Source: Thraustochytrium aureum
Taxonomy: Eukaryota
Direction of reading: 5' to 3'
DNA: 32,700 bases
NCBI GenBank assembly: GCA_012862495.1
Contig: BLSG01000086.1
Span: 249,156 to 281,855 of the forward strand
The position numbers were made by a program, and so were the translations under genes. Below are positions 22,665 to 32,700 of the stretch, piece by piece (the stretch's first letter is position 1; each line of letters opens with the position of its first letter). The notes under the pieces were generated by a model. The model had not been told where the DNA came from. It did not search any database and was given only the letters and a program-made list of their open reading frames with translations.

Positions 22665-22779
22665 AATTGATAGGTTGAGGTTGAGTTTGTTTTTGGCTCT
22701 GCAGAGATGGGAGGCTGCGGGCGCGCGAGGACGCAGCAGGGCGGGTGAGGGCCAGGCGCAGCGCGCGCTGTGCGGTATA

Positions 22780-23485
22780 ATGCTCTGCGCCGCGGCGATG
22801 GGGGCGAGGCTGCGGCGCGGCGCGGCTGCGAGCTGCTGGGCTTGCCGGACGGGCCAAGGCGCAGCGTCGCCCGCTGTCCAACAAGCCGCTGACGACAGAG
22901 GAGAGGGGCAAGCTGCTGGACGAAGGCGAGGCTAGGACGTTCAAGGGGTTTCTCGGGATCTCGGCGCTGCTGTGCGCTGCGATCGTGGGCATCAAGTACT
23001 TTGACCTCGTTGACGCGAAACAGATTCGAGAGCAGAACGAGCAAAAGATCAAGGAGATCATGGAACGCAGCAACTCCCCTCCCCTTCAGTCGCCCTCCAG
23101 CTTCTCCGGCTTTGCGCCGCAGCTCGGCCTCATGGCCGTGCTCGGCATGGGTGTCGGTATCTATGCTGGTCGGCGAATCGCCAAACAAATGCACCACCGA
23201 GACAAGAGGTCGCACAAGGCCACGCAAGTTGCCGTGCGACACAGCAAAGCGCTGGGCATCAGACTCGAATCAGACACGCCTGTAGTGGTTGGCAAGTTTC
23301 ATGACAACGCGGCGAGCTTTTCGATTGAGGGCACCTTTCAAGGAAGCCCGGTCACGGTAAAGGCGCAGGCCGTGCGCGACTCGATGGTCAACGACTGGCA
23401 GCTCACGGACCTCCGCGTGGTTCGGCCTGACGGGCGAAGAGTCCGCCTGGGCAATGCCAGAGATGATTCCACAAGCTCTAGCTAG
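22780..23485 (+). CDS. Mitochondrial membrane protein with Coa1/Tim21-like C-terminal domain; one apparent frameshift
   Basis: Removing one G from 22800-22804 gives presequence-like MLCAAAMGRGCGAARLRAAGLAGRAKAQRRPLS. Two hydrophobic segments follow, then GKFHDNAASFSIEG..VKAQAVR..WQLTDLRVVRPDGRRVRL. Confidence 0.6.
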
Positions 23486-23515
23486 CTGCGGCCTTGCCTG
23501 CTTTCTGCTCTGGCT

Positions 23516-23590
23516 CTAGCTGCAAGCGCTCTACTCGCTCTAGCAGTAGAGGGCTCTCTTGAGCTAGCTGCAAGCGCTCCACTCGCTCTA
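23516..23590. repeat. 27-bp direct repeat CTAGCTGCAAGCGCTCYACTCGCTCTA x2
   Basis: Copies at 23516 and 23564 with one mismatch, between convergent gene ends. Confidence 0.85.
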
Positions 23591-23744
23591 CTCTAGCTCT
23601 GCAGAGGGGAGCCAGCGCTGATGCGGTATAGGCTGGTTTGCGCTGATTATTATCTCGACGTGTTGATGATTTTCGTGCGGGCCGCCCTGCGCGAGCTCCG
23701 ACTCTACCTGTCCTTCCGCCGTTGGCACAGAGGCAACAAGGCGG

Positions 23745-25178
23745 CTACCCCCTTGATGCCTCGTCGTCTGGAACACTTGCCACAGGCACAACTGCCAGCT
23801 TGCGCGCAAGCGAGTGGGCAGTCACCGGGCCGTTGGATGGCAGCTTTGGAGCCCGCTGGCTGGCCGACTGCACAGGAATGTCGCATCCCAGAAAGCTGGT
23901 GCAAGCCGACGGGCGCGACTGCTCCACGGGCCCGTCAGCGTTGTAGATGAGATCAAAGCCCCCGACGCGGAGCTCGGCCCCCGCGCGGCGTCGCTCCATG
24001 TCGACGATGTCAAGCACGTCCGTGAGCATTGCAAACTTCATCGCATAGTCCTCTTGTGTGTTTGCCGCAAGCGAGGGTGAGGCGTTCACCTCGATGAGCC
24101 AAGGCCGAAGGTCTGCGTCAAACATGATGTCGTACCCGTACAGCTCAAAGCAGTGCTTGTCGTTTATCATGACCTTCTGCACGCACTTCAACGAGTTGAG
24201 AATAATGTCCTGGATATCCCGAAAGAGCTTGTCGACGACCTGGACCCCGAACCTCGACACCAGGTAGAGCTTGAGGTCGCGCAGGTCCCACTTGCCGCCA
24301 GTGTCGCTGTTGTAGTTGTCGGCGCCCTTCTGAACGGCCACGTTGGTGAGATGCACGTACTGGTTTGAAATGTCGCTCGCGTCGCTCGAGTACTTTGAGT
24401 TGCTGAACCGCGCAAAGCCGCCACGGTGCAGGTAGGCTACGAGCGGGGAGAACGATGTGACCATGGCGTAAATGCGAAGGTCAAACTTTTTCCCGCCCAC
24501 CAAGAACGGGTTTGCAATGTACCGTTGCACCACATACGACTCGACCTCGGCGTTCTCCGCCTTCCAGCGGTTCTCGCTGCGCCATTTTGAGATTTGCGAC
24601 AAGTTGCGGAACAAGAAGATGCCCTTCCCTTGCGACCTGCCTATCGGCTTCATGATCCACGTCGTCGAGCCCTGCTGCTTCTTGAACGTCTCCACGAAAA
24701 GGGCGTACTCGCCGGGGAGAACAAATGTGGTCGGGCAAAAGTCAAACTTGCTCGCCTCGTCAAACAGCTTTTGCTTCTCCAGCTGCCGCTTGTGCCGTTT
24801 CACGTTCTTGATGAGGAGGTCTTTGCGGCAGAGCTCTCGATCGTTGCGAAAGTGGTTCACGCGCTGCCAGTGCTCCAAGTGGGCATTGTCGAAAACCTCA
24901 AACATCCAGTCGCGCTCGGCCCAGTGCACGTCCCAGTCCATCTCGCTCTCCGTGTGCTTCCAGCCCCGGGCCAGCATCACGTCAAAGATGGTGTTGCGAA
25001 AACTCGTTTTGAACCGGATGACGCCCGGGTCCACCGCTGCAGACTTGCTCTTGGCTCGCTTCAGCGGCTCCTTGAAGCCCCCGCTCACGCGCGTCGGCCG
25101 CGACCCGCGCTGCTCGTCGCCTGTGTTATTCGCACCGTTTGGGCCGTCAACTTCCGCGGGGCCTCTCTGGTCCGCCAT
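23745..25178 (-). CDS. TTLL9: Tubulin polyglutamylase, TTLL9-type
   Basis: IRFKTSFRNTIFDV, VNHFRNDRELCRKDLLIKN, WIMKPIGRSQGKGIFLF, KFDLRIY, HLTNVAVQK, CFELYGYD, WLIEVNASPS and VGGFDLIY. Likely start MADQRG at 25178. Confidence 0.93.
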   Translation of the reverse strand: MADQRGPAEVDGPNGANNTGDEQRGSRPTRVSGGFKEPLKRAKSKSAAVDPGVIRFKTSFRNTIFDVMLARGWKHTESEMDWDVHWAERDWMFEVFDNAHLEHWQRVNHFRNDRELCRKDLLIKNVKRHKRQLEKQKLFDEASKFDFCPTTFVLPGEYALFVETFKKQQGSTTWIMKPIGRSQGKGIFLFRNLSQISKWRSENRWKAENAEVESYVVQRYIANPFLVGGKKFDLRIYAMVTSFSPLVAYLHRGGFARFSNSKYSSDASDISNQYVHLTNVAVQKGADNYNSDTGGKWDLRDLKLYLVSRFGVQVVDKLFRDIQDIILNSLKCVQKVMINDKHCFELYGYDIMFDADLRPWLIEVNASPSLAANTQEDYAMKFAMLTDVLDIVDMERRRAGAELRVGGFDLIYNADGPVEQSRPSACTSFLGCDIPVQSASQRAPKLPSNGPVTAHSLARKLAVVPVASVPDDEASRG

Positions 25179-26019
25179 CTCGCTAGCCGAGAGCCGCCGA
25201 GAGGCACGGCCTTGCTCTGCGTTCCACTGCGTTCTGCTCTGGTGCCGGGGCTTGCCCGCCGCGCCGTGCCGCTTTTCGCGCAGGCGCGAATCAATCGTCT
25301 GATGAAGCGGCGACAAGATGGCCGTTACGTGTGCTGCAGATGACGACGATTTTTCGCCCGGCCCTGCGAAGGGTCCTGGAGGCCTGCAGCTTGCAGGCCC
25401 GGCAGCTGCGATGGCCATGAGAGCACGACGAGCGGGCTGCCGGCCTCGCGACGGTTTGTAAAGAAAGCGCAGGTTCGCCAGGCGCCGCCAAAGTCGGTGC
25501 GGCGGCCGTCGTCCTCGGAAACCATTCCGCCAACTACATCCTCTGTTGACACCGTCACTCTCGAGCCGTAGATCCTCTACACCGCCGCCGTAGATCCGAG
25601 AGTAGAGAAGGCGCTATCCACGAAGAGTCCACGGGGGGTTCGCGTGTGCCGCCGTTGAGATCGCAAAGGCTGCTCAGGCACTGACACGCGAACAACTCGC
25701 AAGCACGGACCAAGTGCTGGAATTGGCGAGTAGTCTGTCCATCCGTGCCTGGCCTTTTTTGGATTTGATGCCAGCGTGAAGAGTGACGACACTGTGCGAG
25801 CGCGCAAAGGCAAGGGTGCCAGGAGCACAAAACGAGCAGGGTCGCACGAAACGCTTGAAGAACGAACAACTTATAAAGCAAGCCCAGCCCCATCCGGACC
25901 CCCTCGGAAGGCTGATGGAGCAACTGACCGCTCCAGGCAGTCCCTGGAGCAATTGCAGTGGCCAGCCGGCCGAAAAACAAACAAAAATTCCCCCGCTTAT
26001 TTGAATCACGCGCGCAAGC

Positions 26020-27503
26020 TCAAGCCTCTGCATCGGACACCGACGCAGACGAGATGCGCTTCTTCTCCTCCAGTCGTTCGGCCTCAAGCATGCGCTTGCG
26101 CTGCTCGGCGCTCATCTCCCCACCCAGACGTTTGAGAGCCTTGTCGGGAAGAAGAGCCGCGTCCCCCGCTAGCTGTACGAGCTTCTTCGCCTTCACCTTG
26201 GCATCCTCTGGCACGTGCAGCTGGGCCAAAGTTGGCCCAGACTCTAGGATGTGCTTCTTCTTCTTCTCCACTTCAATCTTCTTCTGCTCCTCCACTTTTG
26301 ACTCGTACTGCAGCATCTCCCGACGCCTCGTCTCAGACATCTCGGAGCCGCGGCGATCCTTGGCCTTTTTGGGAAGCAACTCGGTCCCCCCGGTCATCTG
26401 GATGGTCTTCTTGTTGATGGTCATGCCTTCCCGCTTCTGCCGCCGAACCTGGTCTAGAAGCACCTCGTCATCCCCGAGCATGTCGAGAGCCTTGTTTCCC
26501 ACGGGCTTGTTCGAATCGACACGGGTTATCTCGTCGTTCGGGCGCGCTTTAATGACGCGCTCAAGCTCGCGCTGTTGCGACTTGCGCAAAGCGTCCCGTT
26601 CCAGATCCTCCTTCTTTTGCATTGCCCTCCGCTGCTCGGGCGAGAGCTCCTCGTCGCCGAGGCGCTTGCGGGCCTTCTCAGGTAAGAGCAAGCTGGCCTC
26701 GCCGAGTCGGGCGAGCACCTTGGGCGTGATTTGGTCCTTCGAAAAGTGCTCGCGCGACTTGGCCAGCAACTTTTCGTCTCCGAGAATGTTGAGGACTTTG
26801 GGGTTTACCTTGACCTTCATTTGAAGTATCTCGGGCTCGTTGTCAAGGACGAGCTCGATAAGCTTCCGCTGGACATCTTTTCCTGAATAGATCTTGCCAC
26901 CGTTCTGAACCCTGGTCAGCGCATGCTCTTCCATGTCCGGCTCTTGCTCGTTCTCCCCCTCCCCCTCTCCCTCCCCCTCCTCGTCGTTTTCGGACTCCTT
27001 GATNNNNNNNNNNNNNNNNNNNNNNNNNNNNNNNNNNNNNNNNNNNNNNNNNNNNNNNNNNNNNNNNNNNNNNNNNNNNNNNNNNNNNNNNNNNNNNNNN
27101 NNNNNNNNNNNNNNNNNNNNNNNNNNNNNNNNNNNNNNNNNNNNNNNNNNNNNNTCGTTCGGCTTGCTGCGCGCGCAACGGAGGACTGGATGCGGAGGAT
27201 GTCTTCCTCCTCGAACGAGGAATCCATGTACTCATCTTCGGTGCAGTTGCCTGCGTCTGAGTCCCCGTCGTCGCTTTCAGCGTCGCCTGCTTTGGCCAGG
27301 GCCGTGCTTGATCCTCCAGGTCCGGCGCTTGGATTGGGCGTGTCCGACGAGTTGGCGCTGCTTCGGGTCACGAGCTCCGCCACCTTTCGATTGTACTCGC
27401 TGGAGAGGTGCTCGTAGAGCTCCTTGATCTCAACTTTGGACAGCCTGACCGACCCCTTGTCGATCGTGCCATCCGGGGTCTCCACAGAAGCTGCGCCCCC
27501 CAT
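26020..27503 (-). CDS. Hypothetical N-myristoylated protein with acidic region and K-x-L-x-x-L-G repeats; spans a gap
   Basis: Starts MGGAAS. Acidic tracts flank gap 27004-27154. The C-terminal ~300 aa contain clear internal repeats. Confidence 0.75.
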
Positions 27504-28400
27504 CCCTCTGTCGGTGCACGCGCTCCGCCAGGACAGCGAGTGGCAGGCGTAGACTTGGTCGCGGCTGCGTTGCTGGGCAGGCTTCTCCAAGGTGCTTCGC
27601 AGCGTGCCGCTTCGCTGCGCCCAAGTGCACGCTTCGCCTCGAGGTCTGTGCTGCCTGCGTGCGCCGCGCAGTTCTGGTGCGACTGCCCGCCCAGTTGCGC
27701 GGAATGCGTGTTGCCTCCGCGCCAGGTGGCTAGCTTTAGCTAGAGGGGGACAGGTGCAACTCTAGAGTGCACAATTTCGAGGCAAGAAGAGGAGAGGGGT
27801 GTATCGTATGGCTGCTGTGAGGCCCGTCTCCACGCGTCGCGTTGTCGATTGCATTGAGGGGCGGCGGGCTTTTTGCATGGTACCAACTCCAGCGCGCTCC
27901 TATTGGCGGAAAAGAGAGAAAATCGAGCGCCAAAACGCTCGCAGTCTGTCACGCGCTGCATCAAAATGGGCACAGCCCATTGGCCGCTGACGAATGCCGC
28001 CGCCCCATGCACTGTTTCCCACTCTCGCCAACACCCCTGCCGCCCTTCCCGCGCTCTCTGCGCGCTTCGAGCTCGGGACCAAAGTACAAGAAAAAGGAGC
28101 AATGGCGGAATGTCCGAGGCCGCAAACAGCCCGCGCGCATCAGGTGAATTGCGCCGCGCCGGTGCCGGTTGCGTTGCCGCGCTCGGTCCGGCGAGACGCT
28201 TTTCTCCAACTCACGAAGCGCGCGGAATTCAACGGACCTTTTAGCTTGGATTCTAGCTAGGATAGCGGGGTAGCTTGACATTGCGGGATTGTCGGCCGTT
28301 CGGGGTGAATATGGTTATCGCTCGCTGGCCAGGCGAGCGGTCGGTCGCCCAGACGAGTATGGTTAAACGCGCACGGCGCTCCGGACAGCGCTGAGCATGC

Positions 28401-31142
28401 TCAGGCGCTGGCGACCATGGTCATTGACTTGCGCCAAGTGCGCACTAGTGGGAGAAGCGCCCCCGACAGGACGAGCGCGGCACCGAAGGCGGACCACGAG
28501 GGCTTGGCGGGCCACGACGAGCGCGAAGACTCCGCGGGAGCGCTACCTGAGGGCAAGGTGCGCGGAAGCTCGAACGTAGGGCGCTCGTCGCGGTAGAGGT
28601 GGCGCTGAAGGGAAGACAGCTTCTCGAGAAGCTTGATGCCCTGGCCCTTGACGTAGCTCGGCGAGAGCTCCAGGGTTTGCTGGGCGGCTTGGTCGGCGGC
28701 AGCTGACTGCGTCTCGCTCGTGGAGCCCAGCGACTTCTTCTCCGAGGCATCCGCCTCGCTGGACGCGCTGGATACAAAGGTCTTGGAGCTCGCAACGCTG
28801 ATCAGCGACATCTGAGACGACGGTGCCGACAGCGAGCTGTTGGGGCTGTGCGTCGGGGAGACGCCAATAAAACCGCTCTGGCTGTAAGAACCGAAAACGC
28901 CCATACCGAGCAGGCCCTTGATGGCCCCACGGATCTCAAGGCTAGAGAGCGACTCGGGGAAACCAACCACCGCACCCAGCCCGGCCTGGTCCTCAGCGAT
29001 CGCGGGCGCCACGGCCAGCTGCTTGGCCCAGCCCGTAGCCTCGCCGCGGAACATCGCATAGACCACATCCCGGGTATGGTTGACGAGCTCGTCGCGCCGA
29101 ATCGGTTTCCCGCCCTGGCTGAGCGACGCGACAGCAGACAGACACGCGCAGCAGGCATTGATCGAGGGCGCCACCAAAAATGCGCAGACAGCGCAGAACC
29201 GCGGTCCCGGAGGCTGCAGCGCGCACGGCCTGGCCTTCGTGCCCAACGTCGACGGCGCCAATCTGGGCGAGATTGTCCAGGGCGCAACGGTAGCCAGCCT
29301 GCGTCAGCGCAGCGCCCGGGACGCCATGGCGCACCATCTCGCCGATCGCGGCGGCGCTGCGCAGCACAGCCTCGCGCTTGAAGAACTGGTCTGGCGCCGC
29401 CCCGTTGGCCATGGACCGCAAAGCAGTGGCGACGACGGCGTGCGGGGCGAGCACCGGGACGAGCTGCCCACATTGGTATCGCACCCTGAGCCGCTGCTTG
29501 GCAACGGCGTCGATGTAGTCGTTGGAAACGCGAGCGGCTGTGCTCGAGGCGCCCTTCGGGAGGTCCAGCAACGGCTGGAGGACTTGGAAAGAACGGCGCA
29601 CGCTCGCAGCTGCGTCAAAGGCCCCGGAACGCAGGTCTGCCACGCTGAGCGTGTTCGCTCCTGCCGCAGAAACAAGCTCGAGGAGGCCAGCNNNNNNNNN
29701 NNNNNNNNNNNNNNNNNNNNNNNNNNNNNNNNNNNNNNNNNNNNNNNNNNNNNNNNNNNNNNNNNNNNNNNNNNNNNNNNNNNNNNNNNNNNNNNNNNNN
29801 NNNNNNNNNNNNNNNNNNNNNNNNNNNNNNNNNNNNNNNNNNNNNNNNNNNNNNNNNNNNNNNNNNNNNNNNNNNNNNNNNNNNNNNNNNNNNNNNNNNN
29901 NNNNNNNNNNNNNNNNNNNNNNNNNNNNNNNNNNNNNNNNNNNNGAGGAGGCCAGCCAGAGAACCGGCGAGAGCCTCCACCTCGAAATCCGCGGCACTAC
30001 AAGCGCCGAGGAGCGCGGCCCCCGCCAGCGCGGTGGCAGAGACGTGCGAGACTTGGCGCTGCCGCTCCACGACAGCCTGCGCAACAGCGTTGACGCAGAC
30101 CTCCTCTGGGATGTAGAGGTCCGCGCCGACGGTGTCGCCTGGGCGCCGCTGGCGGTCTTCGATCTCTTGAATGACCTTGCGGACCGAGACGCCTTCAGCA
30201 AAGTTGACGTGCACGCCGCCGTGCGGCGTGGAGCCAGAGAGGAGCTGCGCGCCCGAAGAGACAGCCCCGAGCAGGGACTCTGACTTTTTCTTCTTGCCGA
30301 GCAGCTGGTCGACGTGGCTGGCCGTCTCGACGGTGCGCTCGTAGTCGATGCTGGCCGGCAGGAGCACGACGTCCTCGAGCGAGCCATCGCGCACAAAGCG
30401 CACGGCGGTGAGGATGATGCCGAGCTTGGGCTCGCTGATCATCCCGGTCCTGCTGCGGCCGCCCTCAACAAAGCACTCGATGAGCGAGCCCTCGCGCAGT
30501 TTGCGCAGGAGATACCCGTACAGCACCTTTTTGTAGAGGTTGTCGCCGCGAAAGCTGCGCCGCAGGAAAAACGCCCCGCTGTACGCGAAGAGCGTCCCGA
30601 TGACAGGGATGTTTAGATTTTGCCCGCTGGCGATGTGCGGCACTGGCAAGTTGAACCCAAAGCAGATGTAGCTCATGAGAAGGTAGTCGATGTGCGACCT
30701 GTGCGTGGGGAGGAGCATCACGCTCTTGCCGGACCGCGCGGCCGACGCGAGCTCGCTGCGCACACGCTCGACCCCGTCGATGTTCACCTCGACCGAAGTG
30801 AAAAGGACGCCCCACAGCTTGCCGAGCACCCAGCCCAAGAACCGGACGGCGGACATGCGCGCGCGCCCCTTCGATGCCCTTGAGGATCTCCTTCATCCGC
30901 TTGCTGATCAGCTGCAGGCTCGAGTCTAGCTTGACGTCCGCGCCGTCCGAGCAAGCGCGCTCAAAGCCCTCGGAGGGCGACTGCGTTGGCAGGATCTCGA
31001 GAAAGTCGTTGTAGATTTGGTAGATCGAGTGCGGCGGCCCAACAAAGCCGCCGCCTCGAAAGCTGCCAAAAGCGAACGAGATGTCGGCAAACAGGTGGCT
31101 GAAAAGCTTTCGCACCAGCGAGACACGCGACTCCGCGACGGG
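28401..31142 (-). CDS. Glycerol-3-phosphate / DHAP acyltransferase (PlsB/GPAT/GNPAT family); 5' end in gap; frameshifts
   Basis: LLPTHRSHIDYLL (HxxxxD), GAFFLRRSF, FVEGGRSRTG, PASIDYER and KKKKSESL. Frame switches near 30866-30869 and ~29176-29208; gaps 29692-29943 and 31143-31692. Confidence 0.92.
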
Positions 31143-32362
31143 NNNNNNNNNNNNNNNNNNNNNNNNNNNNNNNNNNNNNNNNNNNNNNNNNNNNNNNNNN
31201 NNNNNNNNNNNNNNNNNNNNNNNNNNNNNNNNNNNNNNNNNNNNNNNNNNNNNNNNNNNNNNNNNNNNNNNNNNNNNNNNNNNNNNNNNNNNNNNNNNNN
31301 NNNNNNNNNNNNNNNNNNNNNNNNNNNNNNNNNNNNNNNNNNNNNNNNNNNNNNNNNNNNNNNNNNNNNNNNNNNNNNNNNNNNNNNNNNNNNNNNNNNN
31401 NNNNNNNNNNNNNNNNNNNNNNNNNNNNNNNNNNNNNNNNNNNNNNNNNNNNNNNNNNNNNNNNNNNNNNNNNNNNNNNNNNNNNNNNNNNNNNNNNNNN
31501 NNNNNNNNNNNNNNNNNNNNNNNNNNNNNNNNNNNNNNNNNNNNNNNNNNNNNNNNNNNNNNNNNNNNNNNNNNNNNNNNNNNNNNNNNNNNNNNNNNNN
31601 NNNNNNNNNNNNNNNNNNNNNNNNNNNNNNNNNNNNNNNNNNNNNNNNNNNNNNNNNNNNNNNNNNNNNNNNNNNNNNNNNNNNNNNNNNNNCCTTCCGC
31701 CTCACATGGGTCCCCTCCCTGCAGAAGTCGCCTCGCGTCCCGTGGGTTGTCCCATACCTTTCGTTGGTTTCTTTCTTCGAGCTCCTTCTCTGCTTGGTCT
31801 TGCTCCTGCTCCGTTTCGCTTTTTGGCGCGAACCTTTTCCTCCTCTTTCGTTGGTTTTTGTTTATTTATTTATTTTATTTTCGTTCCGTTCCGAGGCGTC
31901 ACGGCGTCTTTCTCGTCATCGCGTCACCCACACGCAAAGCGCGTCTCTGTTGTTTAGAGGGCGAGTCCGCTGTTTATGTGAGGTGGGCGACGCCGTCCGA
32001 TGTTTGTGGCGTCGAGCGACCATGTCCACTGTAATTGCAAGGGCGGGCCATGAAATTACGACATTCGCACTCTTGAGCGAACGCCGTGCGAGGCGAAACA
32101 CGCGCCTCGTTGTGTGGAGGAGCGCCCTCCCTCCGCGGAACACTTCGGTGATCTGTGAGGCTGCCGACTGCTTGAGAGGGGGATTCGAGTGCGATTTACG
32201 ACCGAATCTCGCTCGAACCTTTGCTCCAGGAGGTGCAAACGGCCTGTGAGGAGGCCCTTTGGTACAGCAGGAACAGTTCTTTGGTGTGGCGCCAGAACCG
32301 CGCAGAACCGCAGGATTTTTTGGTGGTTTTTTTTCTTTTTTTGTGCGAGATTCTTGCGCGGT

Positions 32363-32700
32363 CTACGGCGCGCCCACGTGGCGCGGGCAGCGCCAGCGCA
32401 GGCGGCCGTCCTCGCCGCGAACGGCACGGAGCCCTGTAAGCGACTCCAACGTGCTTCGCTTGCCCAGCAAACCGCGCAGCTCCGAAAGGCCGTGGTGCGC
32501 CGCGTACGACACGCGGTTGGCGCAGTTGGTGAACTCGAGCGAGTCCGGCCTGCTCAGCGCGCGCACGTCGTCGAAGGCTCGAGAGACAATGCGGACGAGC
32601 TCGCGCTGTCTGCTGTCTGTAGATCCGGGCCGCTGGCCCCCAGCGCCCGCCGCTCGCACCCGGCCAAAATACATCGTCTCAAGCGCCTCTGCCGCATCCA
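32363..32700 (-). CDS. 3' end of a gene resembling the C-terminus of Roco (Roc-COR)-type proteins
   Basis: Open to the window end. Terminal GLSELRGLL..LTGLRAVRGEDGRLRWRCPRH fits the GL-x-x-V-x-x-x-DG-x-x-x-W-x-C-x-x-H pattern recalled from COR C-termini. Confidence 0.45.
   Translation of the reverse strand, partial: DAAEALETMYFGRVRAAGAGGQRPGSTDSRQRELVRIVSRAFDDVRALSRPDSLEFTNCANRVSYAAHHGLSELRGLLGKRSTLESLTGLRAVRGEDGRLRWRCPRHVGAP

Noticed and set aside
28250..28345. Helitron 3' end (hairpin plus CTAG)
   Set aside because: The hairpin-to-CTAG distance is about 60 nt rather than about 10-15, and there is no Rep/helicase nearby.

Overview
Gene-dense, GC-rich, intron-poor eukaryotic DNA from a draft scaffold with 8 N-gaps. 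It is most consistent with a flagellated stramenopile such as a thraustochytrid; that is an inference from TTLL9, RRL/PT-repeat surface domains and gene style. About 15 protein genes are recognisable: histidine acid phosphatase, nucleotide-sugar transporter, LTO1/ORAOV1, a disordered NLS protein, class-3 lipase, a mitochondrial carrier with one GT-AG intron, a mitochondrial repeat protein, malic enzyme, a large Dispatched-like RND protein, an SRPBCC protein, a Cys-rich GPI protein, a Coa1-like protein, TTLL9, a myristoylated repeat protein, a PlsB/GNPAT-type acyltransferase and a probable Roco-like C-terminus. About ten frameshifts can each be repaired at a homopolymer run and are most likely sequencing errors. 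The most unusual items are: (i) a Dispatched-type transporter with mucin, RRL, cadherin-like and EGF modules in its second extracellular loop; (ii) an AT-rich mini-ORF of in-frame D(H/R)SxxL repeats preceded by three TGCGTCAT elements; (iii) two proteins made of unrecognised repeats; (iv) a malic enzyme with an MGNKC acylation-type N-terminus; (v) a lipase peptide relic upstream of the lipase; (vi) a two-tier satellite with telomere-like motifs. No rRNA, tRNA, CRISPR or transposase was recognised.
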